DNA of 64,000 bases from Nitrosopumilus sp. (GTDB lineage Archaea; Thermoproteota; Nitrososphaeria; Nitrososphaerales; Nitrosopumilaceae): positions 768,001 to 832,000 of the forward strand of contig OZ242041.1 in NCBI GenBank assembly GCA_965205215.1, given 5' to 3'. The notes beneath the pieces were generated by a model. The model had not been told where the DNA came from, ran no database searches, and worked only from the letters and a program-made list of their open reading frames with translations. Position numbers and translations under genes: made by a program. Of this stretch, positions 59,533 through 64,000 are shown piece after piece (positions within the stretch are counted from its first letter, which is position 1; each line of letters starts with the position of its first letter).

Positions 59533-61383
59533 TCAGTACGCGTACGCGGGATCCTTTTCGCGCTGCATCCTCACTATCTCCTCGAGCACCTGCTGCTCCT
59601 CGGGGCTCAGCCTGCCCCAGAACCTGTTCTGCAGCTCCTTTGCCTCCCTTGAGGAGGGGGCAGTATAGTACGTCGAGCCCTCCGTCACCTGCCTGCCTAT
59701 GGCCACGTCGTTGACGGAGCACGCCACCTCCTGGCCCGCCGAGGCGGCCGGCACGGTCTTCTTGTCAAGCTGCAGCTGGTGTATCGTACCTATCCTCCTT
59801 GCCGACTCGCTCATGAACGGCGCCTTTTGGCGGAGCGTCCCCACGTCGACCCGTATGCCGAACACGGCCGGGTTGCTGTTTCGGAACGCCATGTCTTTCA
59901 GAAAGGTGAACCTTGCGACCGGCGTCATTTCTGAGAATATAGCGTTCTCCTGGTCTGCCGTGTCCTCCGACACCCACGCGCTGTACGAGTCTATCATGCT
60001 GTAGATCACCTTGTCCTCGAAGATCCGTATGTGCGCCGTGTCGGCCTCCTCCCTCGCGTCCGGCAGCACCCTCACGTTGAACGCGAGTATGACGCCAAGG
60101 TGCCTGTCCTTCTCCTTTATCGCCTTTGCCTGCACTATGTCGCGCCTGTTGACGGGCCCGATGTCGGCCTTTGAGACGGCGACCCCCGCGTCCCGCAGCA
60201 TGGACACCGTGGCCTCCAGGGACCCTATGGTGTCGCACCTCAGTATGACGCCGCTTGCAGTCTGCGTGTCGTCGACGAACACGGACTCCATCTCGTCCCT
60301 GATCATCTTGGCGTACCTCTCGGCGTCGGACTCGGCCGAGTCCCCCGACGCCACGTACAGGGTGCTGCCGGGCAGCACGCCGTCGAGCTCCGGCGAGGTT
60401 ATCTTCAGGCCCGCCGCCGCGTCGACGCGGCTGACTGGCGTGAACTTGTCGCGCGGATCGCGCATCTCGTCGAGCGCCTTTGGCAGCAGGATCGCCTTGG
60501 GTTTTGCCACCGCGACGGAGTCGCGCCTGGCGGCCACCACGATGTCGTCCTTTCCCATGGACCCGTCGATGAGTATGACGTTGGCCGAGGGCCCCAGCCC
60601 CACCTCGTCGTTGACCTCGAGGATCATCCCGCGGGTCTCCTTGCCGGAGACGCCCAGCTTTTTCTGCAGGTACTGCTGGGTCAGCCCCACGAGCACGCCG
60701 AGCAGCTCGGGTATCCCGACCCCGCTCCGGGCAGACATCGGAACGATTGCAACCTCGCTCTTAAAGTCCCGCACGCGGCTGAACGCCTCGGCCTTGTACC
60801 CCCTGACCGACAGGGTGCCGACCACGTCGTATATCTTCTGGTCCAGGTCGGCCTGCACCGACGGATCCTGCTCCTTTAGGGCCTGCGATATGTACGGCGA
60901 CTCCGTCTGCCGCCACCCGGATATCTGGTCGCACTTGTTGAGGGCTATAACGAAGGGCACCTTGCGCTCGCCGAGTATCTTGAGGCTCTCGGTGGTCTGC
61001 GGCTGGAAGCCCCTGTTTGCGTCGACCACGAGTATGGCTATGTCTGCAGCCGAGCCGCCCCTGGACCTCAGGTTCGTGAACACCTCGTGCCCGGGCGTGT
61101 CGATTACTAGTATGCCCGGGATCGGGCTGCCGGTCTGCGACTCGAGCCTGTTGTACAGGGCGGGCCCGCACATGTCCCGTATGACCTCGATTGGCAGGAA
61201 GCTCGCGCCGATGTGCTGCGTGATGCCGCCTGCCTCCCTGCCCTGCACGCCGGTGCCGCGTATGCGGTCAAGCAGCGAGGTCTTGCCGCTGTCTACGTGG
61301 CCCAGGACGGCCACTATGGGCTGGCGTACGGCCCCTCCCTCTGGGGCCTGCTGTCCTTTCTGCGTGGCTGGCGACGTACTGCA
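59533..61383 (-). CDS. infB: translation initiation factor aIF5B (IF-2); start codon anomalous
   Basis: RQPIVAVLGHVDSGKT, GGITQHIG, DTPGHE, NKCD; frame open up to the ndk stop. Confidence 0.93.
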   Translation of the reverse strand, partial: CSTSPATQKGQQAPEGGAVRQPIVAVLGHVDSGKTSLLDRIRGTGVQGREAGGITQHIGASFLPIEVIRDMCGPALYNRLESQTGSPIPGILVIDTPGHEVFTNLRSRGGSAADIAILVVDANRGFQPQTTESLKILGERKVPFVIALNKCDQISGWRQTESPYISQALKEQDPSVQADLDQKIYDVVGTLSVRGYKAEAFSRVRDFKSEVAIVPMSARSGVGIPELLGVLVGLTQQYLQKKLGVSGKETRGMILEVNDEVGLGPSANVILIDGSMGKDDIVVAARRDSVAVAKPKAILLPKALDEMRDPRDKFTPVSRVDAAAGLKITSPELDGVLPGSTLYVASGDSAESDAERYAKMIRDEMESVFVDDTQTASGVILRCDTIGSLEATVSMLRDAGVAVSKADIGPVNRRDIVQAKAIKEKDRHLGVILAFNVRVLPDAREEADTAHIRIFEDKVIYSMIDSYSAWVSEDTADQENAIFSEMTPVARFTFLKDMAFRNSNPAVFGIRVDVGTLRQKAPFMSESARRIGTIHQLQLDKKTVPAASAGQEVACSVNDVAIGRQVTEGSTYYTAPSSREAKELQNRFWGRLSPEEQQVLEEIVRMQREKDPAYAY

Positions 61384-61791
61384 TCACCCACCAAAGACCA
61401 CCCTCGATTCGTGCTCGAAACTCTCCCCCGAGTCCGACGCGTGTATGATGTTGTCCGTGAATCCCAAACCGTAGTCGCCGCGTATGGAGCCCGGCTGGGC
61501 CTCAAACGACTTTGTGGCCCCTATCATGGTGCGCACGGCCGGGACCGCGTGGCCGCCCTCGATGACTGCAGCCACCACCGGCCCCGAGCATATGAACGAG
61601 ACGAGCTCGCCGAAGAACGGCTTTTCGCTGTGCACCTTGTAGAACTGCTCGGCCTGCTGTTCCGTGAACTGGAACATCTTCAGGTGCGTGATCTTGAAGC
61701 CCTTCTGCTCGAACCTGGCTATGATGGAGCCCGTGAGGTTCCTGGATACCGCGTCCGGCTTTACTATGAACAGCGTCTTCTCAGTGGTCAT
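61384..61791 (-). CDS. ndk: nucleoside diphosphate kinase
   Basis: IVKPDAV, PGSIRGD, NIIHASD. Confidence 0.96.
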   Translation of the reverse strand: MTTEKTLFIVKPDAVSRNLTGSIIARFEQKGFKITHLKMFQFTEQQAEQFYKVHSEKPFFGELVSFICSGPVVAAVIEGGHAVPAVRTMIGATKSFEAQPGSIRGDYGLGFTDNIIHASDSGESFEHESRVVFGG

Positions 61792-61830
61792 CTTGTATCA
61801 TCCCTCGCGTGGTGCCGCCATGCATGGCTA

Positions 61831-62031
61831 TTACTTTCTTTTGATTCCGCCCTTTACGTACTTTTTCGTCCACTTTAGCTTGCGCGGGTCCCTCTTCAGC
61901 TCGAGCGCGTTCTTCTTGCACTTTGAGGAGCAGAACCACAGGACGGTGCCGTCGTTCTTTGCAAGCATCGTACCGGAGCCCTTTGGGACGGGCCTGTCGC
62001 AAAAGCTGCACGGCTTTACAAGTAGGCTCAT
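61831..62031 (-). CDS. rpl24e: 50S ribosomal protein L24e
   Basis: CSFC..GSG..FCSSKC..PRKLKWT. Confidence 0.96.
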   Translation of the reverse strand: MSLLVKPCSFCDRPVPKGSGTMLAKNDGTVLWFCSSKCKKNALELKRDPRKLKWTKKYVKGGIKRK

Positions 62032-62050
62032 CTCATCACTACCTCTCAGA

Positions 62051-62308
62051 CTACTTTATCTTCTTGGCCTCGCGCTCAGTCTCCCTCAGCATGAGTATCT
62101 CGCCGGTCCTGATGGAGCCCTTTACGTTCCTGGTCAGTATGCGCCCCCTGTCCTTGCCGGTCAGTATGCGCACCCTGACCTGTATGACCTCGCCTGCTAT
62201 GCCGGTCCTGCCGACTATCTGTATCACCTCTGACTGGACGACGTCGTCAGCAGACGCCATGGACTGCTTTGAGCTGCTGCTGCTGCTCGACGAGTCCGCC
62301 GCGCTCAT
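62051..62308 (-). CDS. rps28e: 30S ribosomal protein S28e (poly-Ser N-terminal extension)
   Basis: [21 protein letters not shown]. Confidence 0.95.
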   Translation of the reverse strand: MSAADSSSSSSSSKQSMASADDVVQSEVIQIVGRTGIAGEVIQVRVRILTGKDRGRILTRNVKGSIRTGEILMLRETEREAKKIK

Positions 62309-62691
62309 TTGCCGTCAGCGCCGTCCTTTATCTTGGCTATGGATGCGACCACTTGGTCGACTATGTGCTGGGCGTCGCCGGGGTCGAGTATGGCTGCCGC
62401 CGCGGACGTGATGTCGATGCCGATGGACTTGCCCAGGTCGTCCTTGGAGGGGACGAACGCGTACGCAGCTCCCTGCTCCTCGCACAGTATGGGCAGGTGG
62501 GCCACCACCTCGGGGGGCTCCACGTCCTCTGCTATTACCACCAGTTTGGAGGTGCCGCGCTCTATGGCCTTTGTGGCCTCGTTTGTGCCCTTTCTCACCT
62601 TGCCGCTTGTGGCGGCCACGCGGACTGCCTCCAGAATAGGGCTTACCAGGTCCTCGGGCGTCTCGAATTTAACGTAATATGCCTTTGCCAT
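62305..62691 (-). CDS. rpl7ae: 50S ribosomal protein L7Ae
   Basis: [25 protein letters not shown]. Confidence 0.97.
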   Translation of the reverse strand: MAKAYYVKFETPEDLVSPILEAVRVAATSGKVRKGTNEATKAIERGTSKLVVIAEDVEPPEVVAHLPILCEEQGAAYAFVPSKDDLGKSIGIDITSAAAAILDPGDAQHIVDQVVASIAKIKDGADGK

Positions 62692-63118
62692 AGTTTGTGG
62701 TCACCTTTTGGATCATTCTCAGACTGGGCTCCAGATTTTGGTTTTAAAAGTGTTGAGAGCCTTTCTTGCCGTGCGGTCACTTGATCCTCGACGAATGTGC
62801 AGGCACGCCACCTGCATGACGAGCAGTGCGATACTGACTGGGTACTACTGTGAATTCGGTTGATGAATTCTGGGATCCTAGTCATCCTTATTCCAGCAGA
62901 TCCACTGCGTTGTCTCTGCACGATGCGTGGTGGAAAGCTCAGGGAGGAAAATCGCCGAAATCGCATCCAAAATGTCCGGCTTACTTTTACATGCGGTTGG
63001 GATCCCCCATATATGGAAGCAGGAATTGGCGCCGGCCGGTTCGCGCCGGCGGGACGCAACGCGGAACCTACTCCCGCCAAGGATGTCAGCAGGCGGGGCT
63101 GCCCACGTGGAGGATGAA

Positions 63119-64000
63119 ATGATAACCGAGGACGAGAAGCAGCAGATCGCAGATTCGATAGTGCGGGCATTTGACAAGCACGCACATAGACAGTACCGCA
63201 ATCTCTTCGCTGGAATTGCGGAAAAAAAGGGCGGAATACGCGAGACGACCATCGAAGACCGATTCCTCAGCCTACGTGCCAGCAGCATCGACTCGTACAT
63301 GCGCGTGCTGGAGATGCGCGCCAGAAGCAAACCTGTCATGAAGCGCAGGCCGATCCTGACGAGGGCCGCCATACTCTCCCTTGCAAAGGGCGACTTTGCG
63401 CTGTCGGAGCTTGACCGTGACACGGACCGATTCCGCAGCGACGGAGATTCGCGCCGAGGCTACACGGACCGGCAACAGCGGAGGCTTCTCCGCGAGATCC
63501 ACGGGGACATGTTCTTCGATCCAGAACCCGATCCAGCGCAAAAGCAGGGAGACAGAAGAGAAAGGCGGATTGCTAGCGTGTTTTCGGATGGCGGCCCGCC
63601 CTGGGACCCGGCAGGTGATCGGGCGCGCGAATTTCTTGACGATGCCGCCAAGATCCTGCCGGCAGTCTCCGGTGCTGGCAAAATGAGGCGGGTTGCCCTC
63701 AACTCGATCCTCCGGCTTGCCTTCCCAAAGTATCTCGAGGGGGTAATGGCATTCAGGGACGAGTGCAGGGCCGTCTTCGAAAGCCTGGGCCAGAGCAATG
63801 ACAGGATCGACTTTCTGCGGGAGCAACTAGTCGAAAGCCCGCGCCTGCTTGATGGGGTCTACTCCCATCTGACTTCGATCCTCGACTTGGCGTGGTTCCG
63901 AACTCGGAAAAATGCGGAAAAGGAACTGCTCCTCAAACCGGCCCCACAGGCAAAGTACGGCCCCGATGACGCCCGGAATGCGCGCGGGATACTGGTCGGC
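63119..64000 (+). CDS. hypothetical protein, truncated by the window end
   Basis: manual reading gives an open frame from ATG 63119 (MITEDEKQQIADSIVRAFDKHAHRQYRNLF...) to the window edge; no family recognised. Confidence 0.6.
   Translation, partial: MITEDEKQQIADSIVRAFDKHAHRQYRNLFAGIAEKKGGIRETTIEDRFLSLRASSIDSYMRVLEMRARSKPVMKRRPILTRAAILSLAKGDFALSELDRDTDRFRSDGDSRRGYTDRQQRRLLREIHGDMFFDPEPDPAQKQGDRRERRIASVFSDGGPPWDPAGDRAREFLDDAAKILPAVSGAGKMRRVALNSILRLAFPKYLEGVMAFRDECRAVFESLGQSNDRIDFLREQLVESPRLLDGVYSHLTSILDLAWFRTRKNAEKELLLKPAPQAKYGPDDARNARGILVG

Noticed and set aside
61384-61386. Selenocysteine recoding of the ndk TGA
   Set aside because: The stop is at the normal Ndk C-terminus, and no SECIS or Sec machinery is visible in the window
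60011-61474. 487-aa + strand ORF
   Set aside because: Antisense shadow of infB, typical of high-GC coding DNA

Overview
GC-rich archaeal chromosome segment from an ammonia-oxidizing archaeon (Nitrososphaerota/Nitrosopumilaceae-like). Markers are 4-hydroxybutyryl-CoA dehydratase of the 3HP/4HB cycle, the GINS-MCM-Hel308 cluster, aIF5B, aIF6, L7Ae/S28e/L24e/L37e, and CFI-box- and PEF-CTERM-type surface proteins. High GC and NHL/FN3/cadherin-like surface proteins suggest a host-associated (e.g. sponge) lineage, which is an inference. There are five tRNA genes. Accessory or unusual content: (1) a Liv-type ABC operon between two tRNA-Leu genes whose binding protein has four near-identical 1158-bp domains; (2) an AT-richer island next to tRNA-Ala(GGC) with a small protein, a short Cys-rich FeoB-like GTPase-transporter, an unknown protein and a flavin oxidoreductase; (3) an aIF5B gene with no in-frame canonical start upstream of its conserved first strand, in frame with the ndk stop codon; (4) a 144-bp purine/pyrimidine-alternating microsatellite; (5) two adjacent surface proteins sharing nine copies of a Tyr-rich ~45-aa module; (6) two unrelated secreted proteins ending in the same ...CR motif; (7) an orphan MTase and a DUF2075 protein beside tRNAs; (8) pervasive low-complexity insertions in core proteins; (9) three small ORFs missed by the ORF track. 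All family calls come from motif recognition, not database searches.
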